Shown: positions 52,915-62,050 of the stretch, piece by piece | How positions within the stretch are numbered: position 1 is the first letter of the stretch | Layout: the number at the start of each line of letters is the position of its first letter | Origin: Candidatus Doudnabacteria bacterium | GTDB taxonomy: Bacteria > Patescibacteriota > Doudnabacteria > UBA920 | NCBI GenBank assembly: GCA_963837465.1 | Contig: CAWINB010000001.1 | Span: 501,646 to 565,645 of the forward strand | Direction of reading: 5' to 3' | DNA: 64,000 nt | The notes under the pieces: model-generated | Database searches by the model: none | What the model was told of the DNA's origin: nothing | The model's input: only the letters and a program-made list of their open reading frames with translations | Translations under genes and position numbers: made by a program

Positions 52915-55491
52915 ATGGGTCCAGAAACAAGAAATTTTGAGCAGCCGGAGGCAGGAAATTTTGACGCTAAAGCCGCTTTGCAGAAAGCGCGAGGCCGACT
53001 TATCGGGCAGGCTTTAAAATCGCGCGAAGGTATTGCCGGTCTTAAGGCTTGGCGGTCTTTATCTAACAGAAGCAAAGGGGTACGGCAGGCCAGAACTGTG
53101 TTTGAAAACCTTTCGGCTTACGACTTAGCCGTTTCCGGCAACCCCGAGCAAGCCGGGGCGTTTGGCGCGGAGATGGCCAACAAAACAAGTTTGGGAAGCG
53201 GCAGAGTACAGGAACTCCTGTCCTGCTTTGAAGCCAAGCAATTGGGAGCGACATTGCCGGAAGTCCGGCCTGAAGTCCGGCAAATTTTCCAGAATGTTTT
53301 AAAGAGCAGGTCCACGGAGGGCGAGGTTGACGTCGCCCAAGTCATGTCTTCGGCCAACGTGTCTTTAGGCGGCAAGTTCCAGTGGTTTGAATCCCGCTTG
53401 GCTTCGGCCATAGATTTTTTGGAGCGCAAGGATTTGGAAGAGGCCAGAGCCGAAGCTGAAAAGCCAATACCTCCGGAAATCCAAGAACAGAAAGAGCAGA
53501 GCCCACAAAGCAATCTGCCTCCGCCTCAGGAAGACAGCCTGACGCCCAGTATGGACGAGATGGAAACCTCAAAGGAAAACGAGCCCGGAGCATATTTTAA
53601 AGTGCGGCCTTTTTACGGCGGCTATTATCGCGGCGATGATTTTGACATATGGGACGAGAAGGTCATGAAGTGGAAAAAGTCGGCAAGTATGCTCTCTGAA
53701 TTTACCAGCCCTGCCATAGAAGAGAAAAGTCGTAAGGTCTTTTCCGGCAGCGTCCAAGGCGGCAGACGCACGGTATTGCCCATGCCTTATGGTTTTGCGC
53801 CGGATGTTTCCAGTCTGCGGACCCAGGGCAACGAGACTGTAACCATATTGGCTGACGGACACGGCAGTTTTGTTGTTGACGCTGCCAGAGCTTCGGGAGT
53901 GATTACCTTTTCTCTGGAAATAGCAAAAACCCAAGAAAGTTTAAGGGAAGCAGCGCGGGCAAAATCCAAAGCCGCGACTTATAAATTTTCTCCCGGTACT
54001 GATGCTAAACTTGCAGAGATAACTCAAGGCAAACATTCCATTATGGATCAGGCGCGCTCTGCTAAGGCTTATGTTAAGAAGCTCTTAAAATATTCCAATG
54101 ATTCAAGCTTTAACAACATATACAGAACTGGCGATCCGGCAGGTTATTTTTCAAGAATTGAACAGCACGAAGAGGCTGACTGCGATGTGGCCAACACTTA
54201 TTTCGTGGCTTTGCTGCGGCGTCTTGGAATGGAGGCAAGATTAGTTTCCGGCCATTACGTCAAAGTTAAGGATAAGCAGAATGCGGCGGTTATTTCTTCG
54301 GGTACCGGCCACGCTTGGGCGGAAGTTTGGGATGGGCGGGCTTGGCAGCGCCTTGATGCCACGCCGCCGGGCGATCCTAATATGGACGATGAGGAAATAG
54401 ACGAGCAAAGCTCTGACGCGGCTATGGAAGGCGACTTTGGCGAACAGGAGGCTCCGGAGTTAAGCGATGAGGAATTGGAGCAATTAATCACTGAAGCCCA
54501 AGAAGCTTTGGAAAAGAAGGAACGGGAACCGGAAGAATTAGCGGCTTTAAACTTTGCCGAACAAGCGGGTTGCAGCCCTGAAGAAGCCAAGCAGATACTA
54601 AAACGTATTACTGAAGCGCGAGAGAAGAGGGACAAACAGGGAAGGAATATCAGGGCAAGATTATTGGCTGAATGGCAAAAAATAATCCAGGATAATTTGA
54701 TTGACAGAACCCGCTACACCGCGCCTATACGAATGTCCAGAGGGGAAGAATTGGTTGACCCGGTGGAAACGGTATTGGACTTGCGCGCCGGTGAAGCTGA
54801 TCCGACCGGTTTTTCCAAGCATGAACGTAAGACTGAAAAGGAACAGATTTACGGCGGCTTTGACGCTTTTCTGGTAGTGGACAAAAGCGGCTCTATGGCA
54901 GAAACTGACGGCTCAAGCGGCAGGCCAAAGTGGGAAGACCAGCAGGTCTTTAGCTTTTTGCTGATGGATTCAATGTACGCCGCCGCGCAGGAATTTAAGC
55001 GGCAGAAAATAAAGCTGATTTCGCCGATGGATGTCAGGGTGGCTTTAGTCAGTTTTAACGCCGGGGGCGGCAGGGTTGAATTGCCGCTGGGCACCGCTTG
55101 GGGGCCTAAGGAACAACTGCAAGTTTGGAAAGCATTGCAGGAGAATGTGGGCGGAGGCACCCCGGATCATTTGGGCTTACAAACCGTTAAGAAGATGATT
55201 GAGCAAGATGCCGTTAACTTGCAACAAAGTAAACAGCGGCTTCGTTTGGTATTGGTATCCGCCGATGGCGGCAGCGACAGCGTACCCGCCACTATCTCGG
55301 CCAAGGAAGACTTAAAGTCAGCGGGCGTGGTGGTGAAAGCCGCGGGTATCGGTTCCGGTGCCAGCCAGGTAATTGCCACTTATACGCCGGACGGCAGCAA
55401 TTTGGCCAGCTTTGCCGATGCTCCGGATTGGGCGGCCGAAGAAATCATTACTCAGGCCAAACTTTTAAATCCGAAAAAAGTTAAAAGGTAA
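52915..55491 (+). CDS. vWA-domain protein with transglutaminase-like cysteine protease region
   Basis: Transglutaminase-like triad elements (EADCDVANTYF, GHAWAEVWD) and a C-terminal vWA MIDAS motif (FLVVDKSGSMAETDG). Confidence 0.75.
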   Translation: MGPETRNFEQPEAGNFDAKAALQKARGRLIGQALKSREGIAGLKAWRSLSNRSKGVRQARTVFENLSAYDLAVSGNPEQAGAFGAEMANKTSLGSGRVQELLSCFEAKQLGATLPEVRPEVRQIFQNVLKSRSTEGEVDVAQVMSSANVSLGGKFQWFESRLASAIDFLERKDLEEARAEAEKPIPPEIQEQKEQSPQSNLPPPQEDSLTPSMDEMETSKENEPGAYFKVRPFYGGYYRGDDFDIWDEKVMKWKKSASMLSEFTSPAIEEKSRKVFSGSVQGGRRTVLPMPYGFAPDVSSLRTQGNETVTILADGHGSFVVDAARASGVITFSLEIAKTQESLREAARAKSKAATYKFSPGTDAKLAEITQGKHSIMDQARSAKAYVKKLLKYSNDSSFNNIYRTGDPAGYFSRIEQHEEADCDVANTYFVALLRRLGMEARLVSGHYVKVKDKQNAAVISSGTGHAWAEVWDGRAWQRLDATPPGDPNMDDEEIDEQSSDAAMEGDFGEQEAPELSDEELEQLITEAQEALEKKEREPEELAALNFAEQAGCSPEEAKQILKRITEAREKRDKQGRNIRARLLAEWQKIIQDNLIDRTRYTAPIRMSRGEELVDPVETVLDLRAGEADPTGFSKHERKTEKEQIYGGFDAFLVVDKSGSMAETDGSSGRPKWEDQQVFSFLLMDSMYAAAQEFKRQKIKLISPMDVRVALVSFNAGGGRVELPLGTAWGPKEQLQVWKALQENVGGGTPDHLGLQTVKKMIEQDAVNLQQSKQRLRLVLVSADGGSDSVPATISAKEDLKSAGVVVKAAGIGSGASQVIATYTPDGSNLASFADAPDWAAEEIITQAKLLNPKKVKR

Positions 55492-55624
55492 AAGGTAAAA
55501 CAAAAAATCGCTATGGAAAATTTTCAAACATAGCCTTGCAAAGTTTTTTATTTCTATGATTGTAAGGGAAAGATGCTTGAGGGGAACCCTTAAAACACTT
55601 ACAGCCATTTTTATTTGATTTCAT

Positions 55625-55733
55625 TGTCGCTGAGGTTTTGCCGGTAGGTGGAGATACAAAAAGGGTCCCCCACCTACCGGCGGCAACCTTTCGGATGCCG
55701 TCCACCTGTCCTTGCGAACAGGCACCTCAGCGA
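55625..55733. other. nested-helix structured element in an intergenic region
   Basis: Outer pairing GTCGCTGAGGT ... ACCTCAGCGAC encloses GCCGGTAGGTGG ... CCACCTACCGGC (11 bp). GTCGCTGAGG occurs a third time at 55761. Confidence 0.35.
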
Positions 55734-56444
55734 CGAGTGGCGGTTGGGAGACCGTCTTTATGTCGCTGAGGATGAAGCCATATCCGAAATTAGATTTCGG
55801 GGTTAGGCGATGGTGAAATGTGCTTATATTATATATAAATTTTGCGGGTTAGGCAACGAGATTGGTTGTATTAAAAATTACCAGAATTGGTAGTGCTTCC
55901 GTTGGACGACTGTGCCAGTGTTACGGACTTAAGTAGTATTTTAACATTCAATAGTGATACCTAAGCGGCGCCAAAAAAATTTAGCAATTATTGACTGTGG
56001 AATTTAAACTCTGGCTATGCCCACGATTCCTTAAATGCCCTGTAGGTCTTAGTGTTCAACCTTATTGCCCTAATCCTGTGAATTGCCAGTTTGAGGTATC
56101 ATCTGGCCTAAGGCAACGGGCTTACTTCAGGTATCATGTGGGATGGCACAAGTCTTAAGTTTGACAGTCAAATTAAAAAGAGTTACTATATTTATATACA
56201 GCCATCGTGAACTAGAAAGTGTATGGTTTAGGTTTTCCAAAAGAGTCCCGGAGTCGAAACCTCTTCGGGAAAATTCGGCCATATTGCTCTAAAACGGAAA
56301 ATAATAAAAAATAAAATATCCAATTAATATTTAAAGTTTGATGGATTAATAAAACTTAATAAGACCATCCAATCAGAATGGACGGCAGTTTTTTGCTATG
56401 CGGAAAACTAAAACAATCAAGTATCAAAATTAAAGTTATAACCC

Positions 56445-57788
56445 ATGAAAGAAAAATTATTAAGCGAGCTTAAGTTGAAAGTTGAGTATGTGTCAGTGGC
56501 TGCGCTGAAACCCAGCGAGTATAATCCACGCAAATTCTCCAAAGAGCAGTTTGAGCAGCTAAAAACTAGCATTAAAGAGCACTCCTTGGTAGAGCCTTTG
56601 GTGGCGAACTCCGCGCCGAATAGAAAGAACATTTTAATAGGAGGACACGGTAGGTTAAAAGCCGCCAAGGAATTGGGGCTTAAAACCGTGCCGGTGGTTT
56701 ACGTCAGCATTCCCGATATCGAGACCGAGAAGGATCTAAACGTGAGACTGAATAAGGCGGTCGGAGAATTTGATCTGGAGTTGCTGTTAAAGAATTTCAG
56801 CGAGGAATTTTTGTCCGGAGTTGGATTTTCCAGTGAGGAATTGGATAAAATTTTTGCTGTTGAGGAGATACCGGAATTATTTGATCTGGAAAAAGAACTT
56901 AAGAAACTCAATATTCAAAAGGTCAGCGTTAAACAAGGTGACGTCTACGAGATTGCCGGTTGTCGGGTTATGAACGGTAACAGTACCGTTGAAGCCGATA
57001 TGATAAAACTCATGGACGGCCAGAGGGCGGATATGTGTTTGACGGACCCACCTTATTTACTAGACTACCTACACGGCAAAAAGAAAAAAGACGCTACTAA
57101 AGGTTTTGGCCTTAAGCGTGATCGTACCTATCTAGGGACTACGGAACTGCCGGAAAATTTTACCGACCTGTGGATGGCTAGTATCGCCAAAATCCAAAAG
57201 CCGGATTTCTCTATTATAGTTTATGAGAATCCAAAGAACCTGCGAACCATCTGGAACGCTTTAGAAAAGTATTGGAAATACCGTAACACTATAATTTGGC
57301 ATCTGCCAAATCGGGTACAGGGCTTCTCCGCTAAGTATAAGTTTTTCAACAAATGGGACTTCGCCATGGTCGGTACCTCCGGTCAGGTGTCCTTAAACGA
57401 CGAGCCGGAAAAGGATGCGCTATTGCAAGAGGAGTATGAGTCCGCTTTATTTGCCACCTCCGGCAAGCCGCATTGGGAGTCTTATGCCAAGGGCAAAAAG
57501 TATTGCCCGACTGACTTTATTGAGTATAAAGCGTCGGATAAAAAATCATCGGGCCAAGGAATAATCTTTGGCACTAAGCCAGTGGAGATTCTGATTCCAT
57601 ATATTAAGGTGCTGACTAGGCGTGATGAATTGATAGTGGAACCGTTCGGGGGGTCGGGGTCAACAGCGGTAGCAGCCATAAAAATGAAGCGCCGTTGTTA
57701 CCTGATGGAAAAATCTAACGTCTACACGGAAGTCATATTGAACAGACTTTCGAAGTTAACCGGGCAAAAGCCAAGGAGGGTGGCATGA
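56445..57788 (+). CDS. ParB-like nuclease domain fused to DNA methyltransferase (copy 3)
   Basis: ParB motif ILIGGHGRLKAAKELG, catalytic CLTDPPYLLDYL, and EPFGGSGSTAVAA. Confidence 0.85.
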   Translation: MKEKLLSELKLKVEYVSVAALKPSEYNPRKFSKEQFEQLKTSIKEHSLVEPLVANSAPNRKNILIGGHGRLKAAKELGLKTVPVVYVSIPDIETEKDLNVRLNKAVGEFDLELLLKNFSEEFLSGVGFSSEELDKIFAVEEIPELFDLEKELKKLNIQKVSVKQGDVYEIAGCRVMNGNSTVEADMIKLMDGQRADMCLTDPPYLLDYLHGKKKKDATKGFGLKRDRTYLGTTELPENFTDLWMASIAKIQKPDFSIIVYENPKNLRTIWNALEKYWKYRNTIIWHLPNRVQGFSAKYKFFNKWDFAMVGTSGQVSLNDEPEKDALLQEEYESALFATSGKPHWESYAKGKKYCPTDFIEYKASDKKSSGQGIIFGTKPVEILIPYIKVLTRRDELIVEPFGGSGSTAVAAIKMKRRCYLMEKSNVYTEVILNRLSKLTGQKPRRVA

Positions 57789-58225
57789 GCCGGAAAAATT
57801 ACCAACAGGCAAAACAAAAAGCGGCCGTTATCGAACAGCTAAAAAAATTTCCGATTGTTCAGTTAGCCGTTCAGAAGGCCGGAGTATCCAGACCCAGTTA
57901 TTACCAATGGCGGAAACAGGATGCGGAATTCGCTAAAACCGCGGATGAGGCCATGGCCGAAGGCATCCTGTTTATTAACGACATCGCCGAAGGTAATATG
58001 ATATCTCTGATAAACGAAAAGGACATGCGAAGCATTCGTTTTTGGCTCACGCACCGTCATCCCGTCTATGCCGCAAAACTGCAGCTCGAAGGGAAGTTGG
58101 AGTTATCGGACGAGGCTTTAAGTAGCGAGCAGCAGGAAATCGTAGACAGGGCCTTGGGATTGCTCGCCGGGGATAAAAGCCAACTCGGCGAACAAAAAGG
58201 AGGCAACCATGAACCTCACGCCTGA
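57785..58225 (+). CDS. terminase small-subunit-like HTH protein (copy 3)
   Basis: GVSRPSYYQWRKQDAEF HTH signature. Confidence 0.55.
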   Translation: MSRKNYQQAKQKAAVIEQLKKFPIVQLAVQKAGVSRPSYYQWRKQDAEFAKTADEAMAEGILFINDIAEGNMISLINEKDMRSIRFWLTHRHPVYAAKLQLEGKLELSDEALSSEQQEIVDRALGLLAGDKSQLGEQKGGNHEPHA

Positions 58226-59738
58226 CATCACTGAGCGGATGGGTAAAGATGCCGGTATCCGCCGCGCCATAACAAAAAAGAGCCATGAAGCTTTCTTTGC
58301 CTTCTATCTGCCGCATTACTTAGAGTACCAAAGCGCATTGTTCCATCACGAGCTGTTTGCCGCTACCGAAGACAGGACTGCTAAACTTTTGGTCGTCCAA
58401 GGTTTTAGGAACAGCGGCAAATCAACAATATTATCTTTGTCTTTTCCCCTTTGGCTCGCCATAAGCGGGCAGGCGCAGGAAATCATCATCATTTGCAAAA
58501 ACCAGATGTTGGCCAGACATGCGATGAAAAATATTCAGGCAGAATTAGAAGAGAATGAACAGCTAACCAAGGATTTTTATCCCTTTGATTTTAGGGAGGA
58601 TGCCTCGGACGCTTACATCGTAAGCTTAAAACGCTACCGCGCCGAAATCGTGGCCGTTTCCCGCGAGCAAAGCGTGCGCGGCTTAAAACATCGGCAGTAT
58701 AGGCCACAGGCTATTATTATTGACGATCCGGATGACATCGGGTCGGTAAAAACTTTGGAAAGCCGGGAGAATACCTGGCAATGGATGATGCGGGATATTG
58801 TGCCATTGGGGGATAAAAATACCAGAATTGTGGTTATCGGTTCGCCGCTTCATGGCGATTCGCTGATTATGCGCCTACACGATAAGATCGAAAGCGGACA
58901 GATGCGGGGACTGTCCATGCGCATTCCCATTCTTGACCAAAACGGCAAACCCGCTTGGCCTGCCAAATTTCCGACTCAGAAGGAAATCCAAGAGGAGAAA
59001 ATGAAGATGGATGAGATCAGTTGGAACAGGGAAATGATGCTGTTGCTTACTCCTGAGCTCGGACAGCTGGTCACCTTAGAGGACATAGTTAAGTATAATA
59101 ACCTACCTCCCCGTGCGAGTACTTGCGGCTATATTGCCACCTGGTCGGGAGTGGACTTCGCCATCGGCCAGAAGCCGGGCAGCGATTATACGGCTATCGT
59201 GACAATACAAATACATGTCGTTAATGGAAAGCTGAAAATTTACGTCCTGCCGAACCCCGTTAACCGCCACTTGGATAATTATGGCAATATCGCCGCCATG
59301 AAGCAGGTAATCGACAATGCCAAACAAACAGGCCACAGCAAAATGTTTATGGAGGCCAACTTATTTCAAGTTTCGTTTTACCAGCAGATGATCGGCGCTG
59401 GCTATAACCAGATAGCGCCAGTTACGGTCAGTGGTGATAAGCTAACAAGGTTACAACCGACAGCTATGATGATCAAGGATGGTCGGCTACTATTTCCCAA
59501 AGAGGGCTGCCGTGACCTCATTTTCCAACTGGTAGATTTTGGCTCGGCACGCAAAGACGATTTGGCGGATGCCTTGAGCTTGGTCGTCAATGAAGCTATT
59601 AACGAACATAATAAAAATCTCTCGCTGTACGGTTACTTGGATTGGGTAGAATCTAACGGCGGACCGTATATGGACATTGACGGCAGCAAACCGACCAGGA
59701 GATTTCAAAGCCTCATCCCGGAAGGCCAAGAAGAATGA
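58209..59738 (+). CDS. terminase large-subunit-like protein (copy 3, canonical Walker A)
   Basis: GFRNSGKST (GxxxxGKST), Walker B IIIDDPDD, and nuclease-region similarity to copies 1 and 2. Confidence 0.7.
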   Translation: MNLTPDITERMGKDAGIRRAITKKSHEAFFAFYLPHYLEYQSALFHHELFAATEDRTAKLLVVQGFRNSGKSTILSLSFPLWLAISGQAQEIIIICKNQMLARHAMKNIQAELEENEQLTKDFYPFDFREDASDAYIVSLKRYRAEIVAVSREQSVRGLKHRQYRPQAIIIDDPDDIGSVKTLESRENTWQWMMRDIVPLGDKNTRIVVIGSPLHGDSLIMRLHDKIESGQMRGLSMRIPILDQNGKPAWPAKFPTQKEIQEEKMKMDEISWNREMMLLLTPELGQLVTLEDIVKYNNLPPRASTCGYIATWSGVDFAIGQKPGSDYTAIVTIQIHVVNGKLKIYVLPNPVNRHLDNYGNIAAMKQVIDNAKQTGHSKMFMEANLFQVSFYQQMIGAGYNQIAPVTVSGDKLTRLQPTAMMIKDGRLLFPKEGCRDLIFQLVDFGSARKDDLADALSLVVNEAINEHNKNLSLYGYLDWVESNGGPYMDIDGSKPTRRFQSLIPEGQEE

Positions 59739-59770
59739 ATGGCACTTAAAAACACCGCTTTGCGGTTTTT

Positions 59771-60307
59771 TTAAGTTGGCTTCTTTACAGACAGTAGCGC
59801 CCTATTCATAAATTCGTATTTGGTTTCTAGATATTGGCGCAAAAGGTCGTAATCATCAAACAGTATTTTTTGATAATCTTTTTTTAATTTTTTGTCGGCC
59901 TTTATGACCTCAAAAAAATTTTTATAATCGTGAGGCTCCTGGGCGCGGTGGTGGGCTAAATATACCTCGATAATGCGGCCGTTAGGCCACGGTAAGCCAT
60001 CCTGCCAGATAACGACTTCCGGAAGTTGCTGTATAGGCGGCCTAGGGAAGAACTTGTTGAATTGAGGGATATATTTAGGAAAGTCTTTGGGGTCGCCAAG
60101 GACATACAGTTTTGGCGCTTCTTTGGCCAACAGCCCCATTCCCCATTCGTCAATCCACCAAATTTTAAGTTCCGGGAAAAAGCGAGAAATATTGGAACGT
60201 ATGGAATCAATCTCGTTTAGCAAATTCAGCGACACGATTCCGCGTTTGGGCAGCGGCTGGTCTGCCGGTGCTTCCTCTATATGATCTTTTTGCCATTGGG
60301 TAAGCAT
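59771..60307 (-). CDS. stand-alone homologue of the TerL-copy-1 C-terminal extension domain, inverted
   Basis: APKLYVLGDPKDFPKYIP...RIIEVYLAHH...KYEFMNRAL aligns to APRLYILMDLKYFPKYLP...HVIELYLVGK...RKFEFMNKTL at the end of the 7341-9413 product. Confidence 0.5.
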   Translation of the reverse strand: MLTQWQKDHIEEAPADQPLPKRGIVSLNLLNEIDSIRSNISRFFPELKIWWIDEWGMGLLAKEAPKLYVLGDPKDFPKYIPQFNKFFPRPPIQQLPEVVIWQDGLPWPNGRIIEVYLAHHRAQEPHDYKNFFEVIKADKKLKKDYQKILFDDYDLLRQYLETKYEFMNRALLSVKKPT

Positions 60308-60487
60308 GAAATTGTATTTAAAACTTACAATTTATTATAGCTTTTTAGGGGGATTTTATAAAGCTGGACTTACTTAAGGGTTTGCGGTACCGTGTGCCTT
60401 GGAAAACTATTAAATAAAACCAAGGGTGTTTAAGTCTGCCCAGCTAAAATGGAGATTGAAATAAGCGGAAAATGATAGTATAATAAC

Positions 60488-60680
60488 TTTAACAATTTAA
60501 TCAAAGTAGCCTAAACCCGGCACAATGCCGGGCATGGCGAATAACCAAAACCTATAGAAAGTACTGAACCCGTCGTTCAGCTATCTTTCTATAGGTCATA
60601 CCCGAAAGGGTGTGGGCTCGCAAGAGCCATGCTGGCGGCGGGCTTTGTGTTGTCCGGATGCCAGCAGAAAGGTTATAAAC
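60488..60680 (+). ncRNA. conserved structured RNA leader, copy C
   Basis: A TATAAT box at 60479 precedes it. The architecture matches copy A, with outer stem CCTATAGAAAG/CTTTCTATAGG and distal hairpin GCTCGCAAGAGC. Confidence 0.5.
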
Positions 60681-60682
60681 TT

Positions 60683-61114
60683 ATGACTGAAGATTTGGTG
60701 CAAGCTATTGGCAGTAGAGGTAGAAAATTATTAGCAGAAAATATTGGATCAGATGAAAAAGTTTTGGTTCAACTGCAAGGCGCTTTTGGACAAGTTTTAG
60801 TAGTGACAGATAAACGGTTCTACATTATCAAATGGGGTTTTATGACCGGCAGTACTTTTGGCGGCCGATGCCTGGCGTTTGAGTATAAAAATATTAGTGG
60901 CGTGAAAATTACCAAGAATTTTGCCACGGGGTTATTTGAAATTGTCACCCCGGGCAACCAAGATACCCAAAAAAGCTACTGGGGATCCAATAATCGCAAT
61001 AATGCTAATAAAGCTGATAATATAGTGGTATTTCGCAGAAAGAGCTTTGGCCCGTTCCAGCAAGCCGCAAACCTGGCCAGGGATTTAATTAACCAAGCTC
61101 ATAATAAAAATTAA
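60683..61114 (+). CDS. bacterial PH-like domain protein (divergent paralogue of the 9768 product)
   Basis: Start placed at MTEDL after GAAAGG. The track ORF begins 54 nt earlier, inside the conserved RNA sequence. The LVVTDKRFYIIKWG...GLFEIVTPG region is PH-like. Confidence 0.5.
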   Translation: MTEDLVQAIGSRGRKLLAENIGSDEKVLVQLQGAFGQVLVVTDKRFYIIKWGFMTGSTFGGRCLAFEYKNISGVKITKNFATGLFEIVTPGNQDTQKSYWGSNNRNNANKADNIVVFRRKSFGPFQQAANLARDLINQAHNKN

Positions 61115-61200
61115 CCACGCAGTTTTACCTTAGTTTAAAAACAATATTAATTCAGAAGAACCCGGCCTTCGAGCCGTGTTCTTCAGTTCCCAAAACCCTT

Positions 61201-62046
61201 ATGTCCACAAAAGGCCTTACCATACTATTGCCAGACGGTGATCCCAACGGCATTAAAATTATTGAAGTTAACGGTTGGGTTGGCAAGGCCATTATTATCC
61301 CGAGGGCCAAGCTTAAATTTATTAAAGATCGACCGGAAAGTAATCTGCCAGCACTGTATTTTTTGTTTGGAGAGAATATGGATGAGACCAAACCCAGCGT
61401 TTACATTGGGGAAACCGAAACCTGTTACCAGAGATTGACTAATCATGAAAGCAATAAGGATTTTTGGAATTTAGCCATTATTTTCATTGGCAGTTTGGAT
61501 AAGGCAGATGTCAGGTATCTAGAAAACAAAGCCGTGGAGGAAGCCCAAAGTTCCGGCCGCTACCTGATGACCAATGGTAATTCCCGTAATGAAAATACCT
61601 TATCCGAGTTTAAAAAATCAGCGGCAGACAGTTATTTTGAAAGTATTAAGTTTGTCATGGCAGTGCTGGGTTACACTTTGTTTGAGCCGGTCTTTGCAGA
61701 TACCCATACAGCCGACGAAGTATATTATTTAAAAGCCTCTGGCGCGGAAGCCAAAGGCAGTCTTTTGGATACAGGAGAGTTTATTGTATTTAAGGGCTCT
61801 ACCGTGCGCTTAGCCGAAGTGCCTTCTATGCAAGGCACAGGCGGCTCAAAGCTTAGGCAGCTAATGAGCCGGGATGATGATGGCAGGCTTAAAAAAGTTA
61901 GCGACGAATCCTATCAGTTAACCCAAGATGTAGTCTTTACCAGCCCAAGTCTGGCTGCGGACGTGGTTACTGGCAGATCCAGCAACGGCTGGATATCATG
62001 GAAAGATAGCCAGGGGCGAACACTGGATGAGAATAAGAGGAAGTAG
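61201..62046 (+). CDS. GIY-YIG-like nuclease N-domain with DUF4357-like C-terminal domain (copy 2)
   Basis: Nearly identical to the 10293-11138 product over the full 281-aa length. Confidence 0.55.
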   Translation: MSTKGLTILLPDGDPNGIKIIEVNGWVGKAIIIPRAKLKFIKDRPESNLPALYFLFGENMDETKPSVYIGETETCYQRLTNHESNKDFWNLAIIFIGSLDKADVRYLENKAVEEAQSSGRYLMTNGNSRNENTLSEFKKSAADSYFESIKFVMAVLGYTLFEPVFADTHTADEVYYLKASGAEAKGSLLDTGEFIVFKGSTVRLAEVPSMQGTGGSKLRQLMSRDDDGRLKKVSDESYQLTQDVVFTSPSLAADVVTGRSSNGWISWKDSQGRTLDENKRK

Positions 62047-62050
62047 TTTA

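Larger units (their letters stand above)
56296..62046 (+). mobile_element. paralogous module 3 (ParB-MTase, TerS-like, TerL-like, inverted TerL C-domain gene, RNA leader, PH protein, GIY-YIG/DUF4357-like)
   Basis: Same order and flanking sequences as 5386-11140. The 3' part from the RNA leader onward is near-identical to copy 1 except for the PH gene. Confidence 0.35.
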
